Notes: generated by a model from the letters alone, not told the origin. Counted from the stretch's first letter, positions 37,523-51,905 are shown. The stretch is 64,000 nucleotides of DNA from Phoronis australis (GCA_002633005.1 NMRA01000060.1:1037355-1101354); one strand, 5' to 3'. Numbers and translations: made by a program.

Positions 37523-39804
37523 TTAAACTGCACACAATATCTCACGTGATATCGCGAAGTCATAGTTTTTAGCAAGGTTCGGTTGTTATTAAACGCCGTG
37601 AAGCAGGTTTGAAATGGCGAAAACCAAAAGAAAATTAAACGAAAAGCTTTAACCATGAGATCATGCATTGTGCGTCATTTACTTGGTAGAGAATAGTGAT
37701 TGCTAGTGAACTTGATTCACCTAAGAAACACAAGCGTTATCAAATGGTGGATTTCGTAGCCTCTTGCTGACGACGTAATCACCAAATATCGTTTCTCGAT
37801 CGCAAAAACGATAATGTCATTTGAAAAACTGTTTCTCACGCAAACCAATGAATCAAAACTCATTCCTTTAACGAAATGTCGTTTGCGCAGAAAAGCAAAC
37901 AGTAAAAGTGTATGCTGTGTCTATTTTTTGAATTCCTAGAGGTGAAAACCTGTTGCTACTTCCAGTCATTCTGCACCTAAATTTGTGAAGCGATCGTATG
38001 CGTTAGCTATGGGCTGGCGTATTCTTTAAGAGAAAGTCCTTAGCTCTCTCTAGTTAATACCCAACGAAATATTCAAATAGTTTCACTTTCGTGTAATTTT
38101 AGTAAGCTGTTGAAACAGAATTTGTGATAAACATAAACTCCAAAAATCTATGGAATCTCTTTGTATGATTGCCAGTGCATGTGCAGTACTTTGAGTTGGA
38201 CATGCACTCTGTACACGGTCATCAGAAATCGTACCCCCTATATAGTCTGCACGTTTCTTACAAACAGCTCCTAGCAACAATCTTCAAAAGAAATACTATT
38301 AATATGATACTAAGGGAAAAAGTATCGACATTTTATCACTGGTCTTCGAGTTCTACAAACCTCCATGCTTTTGATTACAGTCAATCCTAATGTATGTTTC
38401 AATACACTCATTTTCGGTTGTTTAGGCCGAATGCATTGATATGCACTGCTGTGCTTTGCACGGATTTGTTTTGTGTTTTTTCGATGATTTTGGAATCTTA
38501 CTTTCATCCCCTCTTAAACAGTTGACAGAACCGGATTTACTGAGGGACAATGGGGGTAATTGCCCGGGCCGCTCCTCCGGGACCCTTAATACAAAAGGCT
38601 AAATATCATTAAAATGAAAAGTAGGATTTAACTCCATATCACTCTCCAACATTTGAGCTGTTTTTAAGATAAAAGGTTGTAAAATTTCACAAAAATAGGA
38701 AAATAGAAGCAATCGATTCCACCATTGAGATCCATCTCCTTCAATAGAAGAATAAGAAAAGGTTAAAGGGTACCGCATGTATGCCATCAACAGGCCACAC
38801 TCCAAGGGATGGACCCCTAAATATGAAAGAATCTATAATTTCAAAAAAAAACAGGAAATGAGTAGGAATTGATGCTATCTATCAGGTTCTCAATTCAATT
38901 TCGAGAAAATCGAAAATAAGAGAGTGGCAGATGATTCCATTACACCTTGGCAGTGAGGGTTCCTGGAGAAATATAGCTTAGCATTCCCTAAAGTTATCTT
39001 TTTGAATTAAAAAATCCAGTGAATTGCTGTGCAAACGCTGCGCCGTTTACAAATTTTCTCGACTTTTTCGAAATTCATGCCAAATGATTAACTGCACGTG
39101 CGCCCCAGGCCGTACCCCCGCAGCTTGCAGCCCCGTCGGCGAAGGACGATTTCTCAGAATGGCCATTTCTCTAAAGGGCTTTTACTTCGAAAGTAGTAAG
39201 GTTATGAACTCTGTTTCCCGTGTTCTATACTGAGAAGGACCTGTACTCCGAAGGGGCGTTCCACCAAACTACGTTCAGAAGAGCGCAAAGATAACCGATC
39301 GTTGACATTCCAATTTTAATTTTGGAAAAAAGCGTATTTAAAAATGTCAGAGTAAGTTTTTAACTTGCATTGCGATTTTTCGTTTACTGCTCTACAAGTT
39401 TTCGAACAACTGGGACATAAATTTCGTATAGGTTTTCAATTTTAAAGTGCCCTCTTTTATCGAAATTTCCTCCACGTTCACCAAAATCAGCGAATCGCTT
39501 TACAGGGGGTGCGATTGTTTAACGAAATCGAAATTTCAAACAATTTCGTTCATTTTCCAATTATCTAATTATCTCTCTAAGAATCGAAACATCGCTCATT
39601 TCAAGGGCATCGTGCACTTTTGGGGTTTCTCAGATTTTTTGGAATTTATTGTTCATTTGCAAACCTACATCACTGAAAGAACGTTCCCACAAAATCTTGT
39701 ATATGAATTTTGTAGGCATAGTTGACATGCTATTGAAATTTAAGGATGTTAGTGTAATGTTTTAGATGTCGCTGTACGTTTTAGCGGCTTTAAGGTTATG
39801 TTAA

Positions 39805-41110
39805 AGTCCTTCTCTCACGCGTTGTTAACCCTTATTACATGGTTAGAAGATGTTATAAGGTCCCAAGAAGTACCTACCCCATAACTAATACACGATCCGT
39901 ACTCGAACACAGTTTAAATGAACGCGCCACTCACGATTCGCACCCGAAGAAACACCGCCATTTTGAACTTGCTGCGAACCCGGAAGTACAATTCATTCAG
40001 GAACCCAGGCCGAGAAAACGCCGTCAGTGCGACTGAAGCAGTGCCTGTACTGTTACCAGCCAGCAAACGGGGATAAAAAAATCGACAGTGCGCCTTAATT
40101 TTGATAAAATCAAACTACGGAAATTTTATGGAATTTGCTGAAGAAATGTGGCGAATAAATTTTGACAGAAATTATTTTGCTAGACTCGGGACCGCAGCCT
40201 ATCGGACCCGGTGCAGATCGAGACCAGACACTGGCGAACGGTAAATGCATGCGGTTGCAAGCTGTTTTGTCGAAGTAAAATGGTCAAANNNNNNNNNNNN
40301 NNNNNNNNNNNNNNNNNNNNNNNNNNNNNNNNNNNNNNNNNNNNNNNNNNNNNNNNNNNNNNNNNNNNNNNNNNNNNNNNNNNNNNNNNNNNNNNNNNNN
40401 NNNNNNNNNNNNNNNNNNNNNNNNNNNNNNNNNNNNNNNNNNNNNNNNNNNNNNNNNNNNNNNNNNNNNNNNNNNNNNNNNNNNNNNNNNNNNNNNNNNN
40501 NNNNNNNNNNNNNNNNNNNNNNNNNNNNNNNNNNNNNNNNNNNNNNNNNNNNNNNNNNNNNNNNNNNNNNNNNNNNNNNNNNNNNNNNNNNNNNNNNNNN
40601 NNNNNNNNNNNNNNNNNNNNNNNNNNNNNNNNNNNNNNNNNNNNNNNNNNNNNNNNNNNNNNNNNNNNNNNNNNNNNNNNNNNNNNNNNNNNNNNNNNNN
40701 NNNNNNNNNNNNNNNNNNNNNNNNNNNNNNNNNNNNNNNNNNNNNNNNNNNNNNNNNNNNNNNNNNNNNNNNNNNNNNNNNNNNNNNNNNNNNNNNNNNN
40801 NNNNNNNNNNNNNNNNNNNAATAAAACAAAATAATGAAGACTTTTCGAGCAAGCCATAGCACATTCAGTTACAAGGAAAAAATGGCGGCGTTCAGGACAA
40901 GTTCCTGAACTGATGAGCCGGAAATGTGGGTACGGAAATAACCGATGACAACCGGTAATCATACGCTCAGAGAGAAGGGTCAAATACTGTTAAAAATCGC
41001 TTTTGGCAAGAAAGGCGAAAAGAATATAAAGAAAGGGTGTCGAAAATAAGAATTTATGTAGTAAGTATTTTCGGATGCTAGAACCACATGGGCAGCTTGC
41101 AACAAGGACT
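39805..41110. mobile_element. Possible Kolobok-type non-autonomous element spanning the N-gap
   Basis: TTAA-AGTCCTT...AAGGACT-TTAA. The TIR match is short only. Confidence 0.4.
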
Positions 41111-42826
41111 TTAAAGGAGGATCCCTGAAAATGTACAAATTTGGCTCGAAACGTCGTATCTCAGAAATGGCTGGCCGGATTCATAGGGAAGTTTCGAGTG
41201 TTTTGCTTGCTGCACAGGTCTGCAAAACTTCTTTAAAAATTGTTTTAACGTGATCCACTTGCCCATGAGGTGCTAGCAAAACAGCGCTTTTAATACTACA
41301 ATACATTATGCAAATTCAAAGTGGCATAAAACGAAAAGAAAACATACAAAACCGTCACAGCGTTTTTGAGATTTCACTACGGTCGTCGTCTAATGAACAG
41401 TGATTTTTTATTGAAATGTCGCACAAGCACAAGTAGGCACGAGGCATTTTATTTTTGTCCATATGTCTATTCCTAAAATTATTTTGGAGTACCCGTAATC
41501 AAACTCATATACTTGACTGACGCGCTTTTGCAAGCTATATTTGTGTTTGTCAGCTGTGTCCCGTCATAAAAATACGTGGCCTGCAAAATTAAAACACCCC
41601 GCTTTAGAAGCCGGAGTGTCCCACCTTTTGGTTATCGACATGGAATGGTGACAGCTATGCAAAAAGTACAAACGTGCGCGAAATAACGGATTAACGGCCC
41701 TTCGCATTAAAGTCCCATCTTAGTGATTGCCCTGCTCTAAAGGCTCCCCGCCCACCAGAAGGAGTATAGACCGAGACCCCATTGATACATATGAACCGAG
41801 TATATTATATTCGTCAGTTTTTGACTGATGGTTTTTAAACTGATACATGTACATTCCGAATAAAGCCCGGTCTTGTCTGCAGAAAAATCCAGTTGTATTA
41901 GAGTCGACGCTAATCATGGTCTACAGGACCCCACTAAAGTAACTCGCCCGTGCCTCTGTTTACAAAGGTGACCCACGCGTGACCTGTATTCGCTGCTGTT
42001 TATTTTTGGTCACTCACGCATGCGTAATGATGAATAAGATGTGACCTACTTAAGTTATCTCTGCCAGACGAACTGGGCCATGGCACTTCGCAGTGTTTTT
42101 TTATGTTTTCATAAAGTCGGGTTACTTGTCGATTTTTAACATTATAGGAAGTTCATTACTGGATTAACAATAGATGATCAGATTGCATTTGTTTGCTTTC
42201 GTAAGGTAAATATTGATTTGACAACGCTGTGTTTCTCTGACCATGCTCATTTCCAATGAAATCAATTTCGGCGGTCTATCGTCTGCGCCGCGGCTGTCTA
42301 GCAGTGCTCTAATCGGTTTTAGGGCATAGATTTTGCTATTGTGCTATTAGGATTGACACCACAGTACTGTGAAAGGTTGCCGACAGGCAAATCAGGAGCA
42401 CTGATTTTGCTTCAACTTGATGAGTAAGTGTGGAAACCCTTGAAAGGCAATGACGATATTTTTACTAGCCTTGCCCTTGGCGCACCGTATAGCCCTACAT
42501 AAATATTAGCTTTGCGGTGATGTGTGGAAAAAACTGACCTGATAAAATCTGACACAAAATTAGTGTCATTAAAAACTATGCTCTTCCTTGAGTAAACTAA
42601 ATTATTTTACTGTGGCGGAAAAATTGGAGTTGTTCCGTTATTCTGCTGCTCAGTTGTGGAGCGATCTTTTGCGTCGGCTTTCGGTGCCATGAAATATTGC
42701 GTCACCTACTGACCAATTTCGTTTTTCACTGATTCTTCAATCAATTGTTCTTCTTCCACGGGGTTGCCTAGACTGCCAGCTAGCTGTATGTATGAAGACT
42801 ATAGTCAAAATATAGCTAGATACCAC

Positions 42827-45553
42827 CAAGGAGTGTAGTAGAGTAGGAGAGTTCACTTGTGAGTTCGCTGTTACCGCTACTACTAGCGCTGCCAAGTGGT
42901 GACTAAGCAACTGTCAACCAGGAAGCATCAAAACAATGGGGAAGGACGCATTTTGCAGTGCGATAAATTGCACTAATTCATCCACGACAACCCCAGACGT
43001 GTCATTTTTTAGGTTTCCTAAGGATCCGGAAAGGTAAGTATTATCTGTTACTCAATAATATGATACATTGTCTTTCATTTTGTGTGTTCTGTTCACGGTT
43101 GTTAGACAAGTAGATCGCAATCCCGGTGCCGCTATTTGTTGTCTGCAGTGTAGGATTGGCCTACTGGGCAGCCGGCAGAAGGACTATGATTAACGTACGA
43201 TGTGATCGTCAGCTTTTTGGATACTCGCAGTCCATGTATTCCAAATCAAAATGTCAATAATAATGATAATTTTATGAAAACATACCCATGGCCATGGGTG
43301 AATATGCTGAATCATCGTGGTGACACGGTCATGGCACAATCACAATCACAAGGCCTCAAGTTTTTCATTAGTCAAGTTAGAGAATCTGTGGGCCTCGGTG
43401 AAAAGTTGTGCGGCCCTTAAAATATCTGTGGATCAACATTTGAGTCCTAGTTTTTTAGTTGACACCAAGACACGTTTGTCTCTATCACAATCACAGTAGG
43501 ACAAGACTTCTGTAGTGTAGTGTAGCTTAGTGTAGGCTACCAGTCTTCTGTGAACCTGGTGAGTATGAGGTTTGTTCCTGAGTCTCTCATTGATTTCTGT
43601 TCAGGTGCAAGGCACTGGGAGCCGACCTTATGAATAGATCGAGGTGCAACCTACTTGTCCAAGAACTGCCACTTATGCTCCCATCACTTCGAGGAGTCCA
43701 TGTTCATGAATAAAGAACAAGCTGGTATTGAATGCAGTGCCCGAGCAGTATTTGATGTCCCGAATCCACCAAAAATGAAGATGTCAAAAAGTTCTCCAGA
43801 AATTATGTTACAGCTGGGAGTGGAATAAGCTTTTTTGCATTTCTGATTATCGTCTCACAAAGCAAGTACTGGAACATCACGAGTAGAAAGGACAATTAGT
43901 CAAAACCTGGTTTTCGTATTTTACTAAGGTTGATCAGATTGAAACATTTTATGAATGGTTAGCCTGTGATTTGAAGAGAGCCAAAGTGAAACTGATGGGT
44001 CTTTTAGAGTCTGAATGGTGGGCTGACATTTTGTTAAACCCAAGCTATCTATCATTTTGCTTCTCAATGACAAAGACCTCTGTGAGTAAATTAGTTTTCA
44101 TCTTCAACACATTTCCTTGGCAAAAAGAGCTGTTGTTTACTAGTGAATTAATCGAGAGTGAGAAGGTTGGTTAGATTTTCTTGTTGTATTGATGTATGTG
44201 TTGCCTGTTTTGTATATTTTTGGAGATTGTGATTAATTTATGCTCCAGTTGTGGCTAGGTAACAAGTATGATCTTCTGGTTTAGCTTTAGCTTACCTGAA
44301 ATATTTACTGTTATTGATAATAGGAACAGTGGGTATAGAAAATAAAATTTTAGTTTTATCATCCAAGTCTTTTTAATTCAGTTTTGTATGAAGTTGTGTA
44401 GCTAGTGAATGTTTTGATTGCTGTTCAGTACCTCTTAACTTTTTTGTCATGACATTTTGACCTTGGACAAGTTATGAGTGGTGATATACTCAATGTGGGG
44501 GGGGCTCGATTTCCTGACGATGGAGACCTTTTGCTTACAAATGAGTGGACTAAAAAAATAACGGGACCACCACTGTAAATTGCGCGTTTGCGCTTCTTTA
44601 GTGGACTTTTGTCCCATTTTTTTTGGATTTTTTGTCTCTCAAGGGCGGACCTTTTTGCCCACTTCGCCAAATGGAGGGGGCTCGTTCGAGCCCCCCGAGC
44701 CCCCTGGGTGCGCGCGTAGGAGAGTGCGATCGAGTTTACCCTATGCTGGCATGTCTAAGAAATGAAATTATATTCCGATTTTGTGGTAGTGATGAATTGA
44801 TTTCTTCTTCTTACATGTGTAACACCCACTACACCAAACAATTGTTCGCATTGCTAGTATCCTGGTGCATTGAATAGGGAACACGTGCGAAATTGTTGGG
44901 TGGAGATGAAACCAGCAGTGAGCTGAGAGCAACATGTTTGTCAATGGTCAGGGGAGCAACCAAAATTTGTATCAATGGGAGGGGCTCAACACCCATGTGG
45001 CAAAACCCATTGATTTTTACCTGTTTAGCACTCCTCCCATGTAACCCTCCTGGGAGGGGATCCCCATTTGGCGCCCACCTGGTTTTTGCCTGGTACCCCC
45101 TTAGCTGTCACCTGGGGAGAATTACCCTCTGAACCCCAGGAGCAATCATTCAAATTTTGTAGTCCACGGAGGTATGATTTGTTATAAGGAAATATAATTT
45201 GCCTTGTTAAGAACTCAAACATGAAACAAAACCATGACGGATTTTGAAGGGAGCTTCACTGAAGAGAATAAAAACAAATACACTTTAATATTGATTAAAA
45301 TACACATTTTCATTCTCATTCGATTAAAAGTGAATGTTAGTTTATGTATTCTAACCATTTTAAATCACACAGTAATTTTATTGCACGTTGAACTTCATTA
45401 AAGTATGAATTCATCAGTGTTTACATTGTTCGGACTGCGCTCCTAAGTAAGCGTTAATTATTCACCGCTTGGAGCGCTAGTGTTTTGATCGGTAACCATT
45501 GCGGCGAATGGTAAAATGGCGGAGTGAACTCTCCTGTACTAGTACACTCCTTG
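42827..45553 (+). mobile_element. Internally deleted P-element-superfamily transposon with a THAP-domain pseudogene
   Basis: About 30-bp TIRs CAAGGAGTGTA(G/C)TAG...AGGAGAGTTCAC. 7-bp TSD ATACCAC/GTACCAC. THAP exons inside. Confidence 0.85.
42936..43810 (+). pseudogene. THAP zinc-finger exons of the P-like transposase (exon 1 42936-43033; exon 2 from 43605, frameshifted)
   Basis: MGKDAFCSAINCTNSSTTTPDVSFFRFPKDPER|gtaagt (phase 2), then ttcag|G TGC AAG ...ADLMN...NCHLCSHHFEESMF...LNAVP..FDVPNPP. Shows the C2CH signature and AVPT-like box, with indels. Confidence 0.85.
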
Positions 45554-46704
45554 GTACCACCATCTGTTTAGCGCCGACAGACCTCGAAATTGCACACAGC
45601 CAGGAGAGTTCTGCTCCTCACCTCGCCATGAAACTTGTATCAACATGTAGAGCATAAGACCGGATGGGGCATGCAAAATCTGTCAATCAACCGACACTCA
45701 CCTTGCCTGTTACAACCATTTAAGTGAAAAACAGTCTAATAGACATCATTTTCTTGCATAATTCTTCGCCTTTTTTAACAATGAAAAGTATTGAAAACAG
45801 TACGCTCGTCACGCGCATGTGCCCTTTCCTAAAATTTTGCAACATCTCTCGGGAGATGATGACAGCTTCGCAGCAGCAAAATTGATTCTGAAATTCGGTG
45901 TCCTAGTGTTAAAATACTGAAAAATTTGTAACTAAATGAAACCAGATCCGATAATTTGTTGTGACATCTACGCAACGTTGTGAGAGAAGAACAATTGATT
46001 GAAGAATCTGCGAAAAAAGAAACTGGCCAATAGGTGAGGAAATATTTCATGGCACCAAAAGCTGACGCTAAACATTGCTACATAACTTTAGCAGCAGAAT
46101 AACAGTAGAACACCATTTTTTCTAATAACGTTAAATAATTTATTTTACGTAAGGAAGACTTTATTTTTTAATGACACTAATTTTGTGTCACATTTTATCT
46201 GGCCAGTTTTTTACCCACATCAACGTAAAGCTGCATATTTAGTATACAGCTTTGCGCCAAGGCTAAGTGGTACCTAGCTGTATTTCGACGATAGTCTTCA
46301 TACAGCTAGGTGGCTGGCAATATTTTTACGTGCTCAGTCAGCCTCTGAAGTCACCAACTAGCCCTCAGGCGTCAACTGTCTCTGATGGCATTCGTGTCCA
46401 AGTAGTTCTTAGAGTTTCTTGTAAATATATTATTTTTTTTAAAGTAAATTGTCATGGACTTGTGAAATTCAATTGAACTGTTGGTGAGTGGATCCCTCTG
46501 TGTCCGATGACAGTGTTTTCCCGTTCAGTGACTTTACCTGACGTAGGGGGTTCTAAGCGTGTGATAACATCTAGCTTCTTTGTTATAACTACCAAGCATC
46601 TGTTATGACAACAGATAGGCCAATTTTCTACCAGGCTTATTACTGACCACGTGTGAACACCCTCAAACCCAGAGTGAATTGGTACATTCGGAAAGAATAG
46701 ATTA

Positions 46705-47490
46705 TCGTAACTTCGGTTGCAGTTGGGCGATTTTGGCGATTCAAAAACTAAACATGATCACCATTTGACGAGGATTTCAGAAAGGCTATTGGTTTATTTT
46801 CAAATATAACTTAACTTTTATTACATTGCGGCGTTGCACCCAACTTGTTCGATTCTATAGCCCAACAACAGGTTGGGAAGATCACTACTGTAGCCAATAT
46901 CTTACAAGACTGATTAATTTCATTCTGGCATTTATAGTTGGAGGGCAGGCTCTGTTTTGTTCGATTATTGCTCTAATCTCCGATCAGATCATATCTAGCC
47001 TGAATGGGTTGTGCTGCTAAAAATGAAAGTTAAGTTATAACATATTTGAACATAATCCAATAGCATACCGGAATTCCTTGTCGAATGCTGATCATGTTTA
47101 GTTTTTGAATCACCAAAATCGCCCAACTATAGAAGTTAAGACAATCCATTCTGTCAGGTTTCAGTAACCCTTTGAAGCATGGGAGATAATTGGCCTGCTT
47201 GTTGTTATACAGGACAGTTATGTAGTGCTGGGCAGTTAACAAAGGAGCCAGATGTTATTGTATGTTCAGAACCCCTCACCCATGGAAAAGTTGCTGAACA
47301 ACAGAACACCTGAGATAGGATCTTATTGAAGATTAGAGCAATTATCGTACAAAAGAGAGCTGGCCCTCCGACCATGAATGCCAGAATGGAGTTAATCAGT
47401 CGAGTAAGATATTGGCTACAGGGGTAAACTTCCCAACTTGTTGGTGGGCTATTGAATCGAACAAGTTGGGAGCAACGGGAAAACGCTGTA
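46705..47490. repeat. Diverged, circularly permuted inverted repeat
   Basis: 46705-46822 recurs inverted at about 47022-47140, and 46825-46998 recurs inverted at about 47310-47480. ORFs 46826-47020(+) and 47205-47510(-) give similar translations. Confidence 0.75.
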
Positions 47491-47517
47491 ATGCTGAGTT
47501 TTTTCATCATTCTATGT

Positions 47518-48352
47518 TAGACAGTGATCACCGTCTCTAGCTGACTAGAGACGGTGTAGCTTCTATGGGAACTCTTTACGCCGAAAGCTTTTTTACACTG
47601 CCCACGCTAGGGGATATGACGTCATACCACCTGCCGCACGCAGTGTTAAGAATGGCAAGCTTCCGATTTTTTAACTGAACTAGGGACTGCTTGAAGAANT
47701 TGACTTTGTTTTACTGTGTGACGAAGTCCATTTTTTTATTGTTTTCGTTTTTTTCCTACAAACGAAGATCAAAAATGCGCGTAATATTGGAATTGATTGT
47801 AAATGCCTTAACTGCGTCTGTATCAACACGGAAATCGTGAATTTCGTAACATTATTCAGAAATTCGTTTGCGTTGTTGAGTGTCATATTTATGCAATTTC
47901 AGTTAAAGTGATATTGTTATTTTGGTGTGACAGAGCTGTTTTATCACAAAAAACTTAATTAGTTGATAAAAACTTCAAAAAAGTTTAAGGAAATAATGTG
48001 ATTGAAATCCAAGATGGCGGCCTTCATCTGCCGCTGGTCACAGACCACCACTGCTAGGGGATATGACGTCATACCACCTGCCGCACGCAGTGTTAAGAAT
48101 GGCAAGCTTCCGATTTTTTAACTGAACTAGGGACTGCTTGAAGAAAAGTTTGATAGCGGGAGTGTTTCATCGAGTTGGAAAGATACATCGACACCCTCCT
48201 AAGGTGTCCCTCTATGCGCAAGAGGTATTTATAACAACGTGACTGATGTTTTAGTCAGTGTGAGACATAACACACCACAAAGCTTTGGGCGTATGAAGCT
48301 CATATAGGAGCTACACCGTCTCTAGTCAGCTAGAGACAGTGGACACGGTCTA
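47518..48352. mobile_element. Academ-like non-autonomous element (TAG...CTA termini, about 70-bp TIRs)
   Basis: TAGACAGTGATCACCGTCTCTAGCTGACTAGAGACGGTGTAGCT... with an inverted copy ending at 48352. Imperfect 3-bp TSD tgt/ggt. Confidence 0.7.
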
Positions 48353-49182
48353 GGTCTGGGTCAGCTATTTTTGATTTGGTCTGAATTTTGAATGTGTCAT
48401 TAGGCAACTCTTAACAGGAATTGCATGCAAGTGGACAAGAAAGCATTCACTTTTTACCTCAGAGTATCCAGCGAAATCCTCGGAACATCAAAATCTTGAT
48501 TCAGCGTCACAGATTGAAGTGAGTTAGTTGCTATTAATGGGCTTGCCCGAATGTGTATTGGATGAGATAATTGCGCTGTTCATGGTATGAGTTTCAAAGT
48601 CAAAAGAATGAACCAAGGCAAACAACCAACACGAGGGTTTCTAAAATTGAAAAGTAAATATTAGTTATTATTGAATTTTTAAAACGGATGTGTTATAAGA
48701 GAAATTAGCGAATAGATTCAGCAGCGCGGCTAAGCATTAAATTGTGAATTGATTAGGACAGGTTAGTCACAGTCTGGCTTATGCGCGCTTAGTCGTTGGG
48801 GTAACAAAGCCCCAAATGTTGGAGTTAGCTTGTATGGTGGCACTGCTGAACCAATTGTATCGAAGCTGAGAACCACCTGCTGGTATACTATATGTATAAC
48901 TGGGCAGTACATCACTAGTGGATGCTGCAGCCATCCCAGGGGCTACATGTTGCCTAACTAGGCATTACGTATTTTTCTGACTCATTGTTACACTTTAAAA
49001 GTAAGCTCTTCTGATAACTGATTTCTTTATTTAAAACCATCTCTGCTTCATTTCTGTGGTATCTTCAGACTTCTTATTAACTGGTTAACCATAATTCATT
49101 TAAATTTGTATTTTACCCTTGTTAAGCTGTCTAAAAATGAACATTGAATTAGGCCATTTAGTCTCATAAATCAATCTGTTAA

Positions 49183-49631
49183 GGTCATGCAGAACCTTGT
49201 TGACAAGTGTGTGTATTCGGCTAGATATGAAAAAATTCAGATTTTACCTCAGTAATGATATATGAATCAATGCCTGTAGATTTTGGTTTTTAACTTTTTG
49301 CCAGTCAGCTAGAATTGGGTCACGTGATCATGTGTTTTTAGTAAAATTTAGCAAAACAACAGCTTAACAAGACTTAAATTTTTGTTTGATACCAATGTTC
49401 AAGGTGATATTTCAAAAACGCTGTTATCATTTTGTAATTATTGTGGGCAAATTTTTATTTTTTCAAGAAACCTTGAAACTTCTAATTTTTAATAGCCCTT
49501 CATGGAAAAGCGGAACATTTTAAAAACAAATCCTAATCACAGTGTTTCTGAGAACAGCACATAAAGCATAGTATTTGAAAGTTTCATGTTAATCCAATCA
49601 TTTGTTTCTGAGTATATGTTCCTACATAACC
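49183..49631. mobile_element. Possible old Kolobok-type MITE
   Basis: TTAA-GGTCATGCAGAAC at left and a degenerate inverted GTTCCTACATAACC-GTAA at right. Confidence 0.35.
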
Positions 49632-51905
49632 GTAAGATTTCTTAAGTTCCTTAGCGTGTTAGGATTCTATTTCCATCACGAATGTAAATATCAAAACCAT
49701 CAGCGACTCAAGAAAACCTTCAGAGTTTATTGGCGTTGGCCATTACCTTAAAATTGCCAATTCAAAAATAGCTCATGTATACATTGCCTATGGCTTGAGT
49801 TGCCATATTATTCAGCAACAAATCGAGATCAGATGAACATGGAAATGTTTTTTAAACCCCAGAGCAGTTTGGCTAAGAATTCAACATTGACAGCTTAACA
49901 GTGGCAAAATGCAGCATTTAAGAAAAGGAGAGATATGTATGGTATGTGGTTTGGCTAATACAGTGGCTTCATTCCAAGTTATAACACCTGCTCTAACTCT
50001 GTGCCTCATAAACTAACTCTTGGGAATTCTGTTCCCTGATTTTTTGCTTTTTAAAGTATGATAGGCCTTGTGTTCTTGTAACAGAATTGTAAATAAGTCA
50101 TTCCATCATAGGATTCTAAAATTGATGGATTTATGAAATTCAAATCTAATTGTTCAAAAATGGCTCTATCACATTAGACTGACAGTAAAACCTCAAGTAC
50201 AGAGACAACCTCTTTTATAGAAGATGTCCCTTCTGCAGCGTTAAATTTGTTTTCCTCAGAATTGACCTACCTTTCCAACACAGAAAAATCAGTCATGCTT
50301 CTTTTTTAATTGGGTTCTTTTATCTGATTGGCGCTGTTCCAAATTAACATATTGCTATGAGATGATTGGAGTTTGAATAGAGTTAATTGTCAACAACAGA
50401 TTGTAATTTGTTTAAGAACTTGTAATGATCTGGATACAATGGTATTCGCCAGCTGCAGTAAACAGGAAGAAAATATACATCATTATTTGCCCTGTTTATA
50501 TTGTTCATCTGTCATGAACAAGCGTACAATGAAATTTGATCATATTTACAACACTATGAGCTCTTGAAAGCTGAAAAATGACAATTACGGTATTTATTTT
50601 TGAAAAAATTATCCCATGGAGGGTGTTGACTGCTTATTTTGTCTAGTCAATACAGAAGCTAGCTTGTCATGGCAGATTTTCAAAGGAGTTACAAATAAGT
50701 AATGAATTTTTCATTGTTTGGCTTAGCCTTGTAAGGTTCACTAGCTTGGAACCTAAATTGAAGGTTTTCATTGTATTCTCGAGAGTCTTACGAGGTTGGT
50801 CGATGGATGAAATCTAATAAAGCATGGTTTCTGCTGTGTTTATTGCTAATAAAGTTATTGTGACTCATCACTCAGATGTCTTATCACCATTCCTGGGTGA
50901 ATGAAGACAAACTTGTGAAGTTCGGTAAAATTGCATTTAAAGACGCAGCTCACCAACACAGCATTCCAAAGACTTCTCGTTTAGTGTCAACTTCAGATGC
51001 CAATGTTTTCCAAATCCTTAGTTATGTATATAAAAATGTCAATTTTGTCCACTGAGTTCTCATCGCCTTTTGTCTCTCAGTATGTCTTGCATGCCGATAA
51101 CCTACCAGCTTCAAAGACTTATCCTAGACATTGTTTTTAGTGCCGTGAAGTCAACCTTTGTGCAAGGCGTAAAAACTGCACACTGATTATCCACTCCTCT
51201 TCAAAGATTTATTTGAACCTGTCCGGTTATATTGCTCTGCCTCTAAAAACGATACTTCTATTAGTGATGGGGATATGGCAGGTTGATGGAACTCGAGGTT
51301 CACATCTACAAATCTATTGACTAAACATGACGTAATGTTAAATAGGACGAGTTTCAAATGGTTTCCAAAAATTGCAGTTTTCTATTTTTCAAGGGATGTT
51401 GGCATTGTCAGATTGTTTTATACTTTAGTTAATTTTGCATAATGACAAGTGCACAATAATGGCACAGCAAACCCTCACCAATTTTTGGCACAATTTGGCG
51501 GACAAGTGAAATTTTATTTTCTCTAAGAAATATGTGTCGAGCTGTTAACGCTTCTCTGTATTTCAAGTTCTGTCAATTTAAGTGTGCACTTTTTATTAAC
51601 ATACATAAATGACAGGCTATTTCTATGAATGAAATGGNNNNNNNNNNNNNNNNNNNNNNNNNNNNNNNNNNNNNNNNNNNNNNNNNNNNNNNNNNNNNNN
51701 NNNNNNNNNNNNNNNNNNNNNNNNNNNNNNNNNNNNNNNNNNNNNNNNNNNNNNNNNNNNNNNNNNNNNNNNNNNNNNNNNNNNNNNNNNNNNNNNNNNN
51801 NNNNNNNNNNNNNNNNNNNNNNNNNNNNNNNNNNNNNNNNNNNNNNNNNNNNNNNNNNNNNNNNNNNNNNNNNNNNNNNNNNNNNNNNNNNNNNNNNNNN
51901 NNNNA

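Noticed and set aside
41740-42210. Possible promoter and non-coding first exon of the SAM gene (GC box, AAG|gtaaat donor at about 42205)
   Set aside because: Short motifs only, adjacent to repeats. Cannot be supported without transcript data.
47606-48146. Exact internal direct repeat of about 92 bp (47606-47698 and 48054-48146)
   Set aside because: The first copy ends exactly at a single N (47699), which suggests a contig-join artefact.
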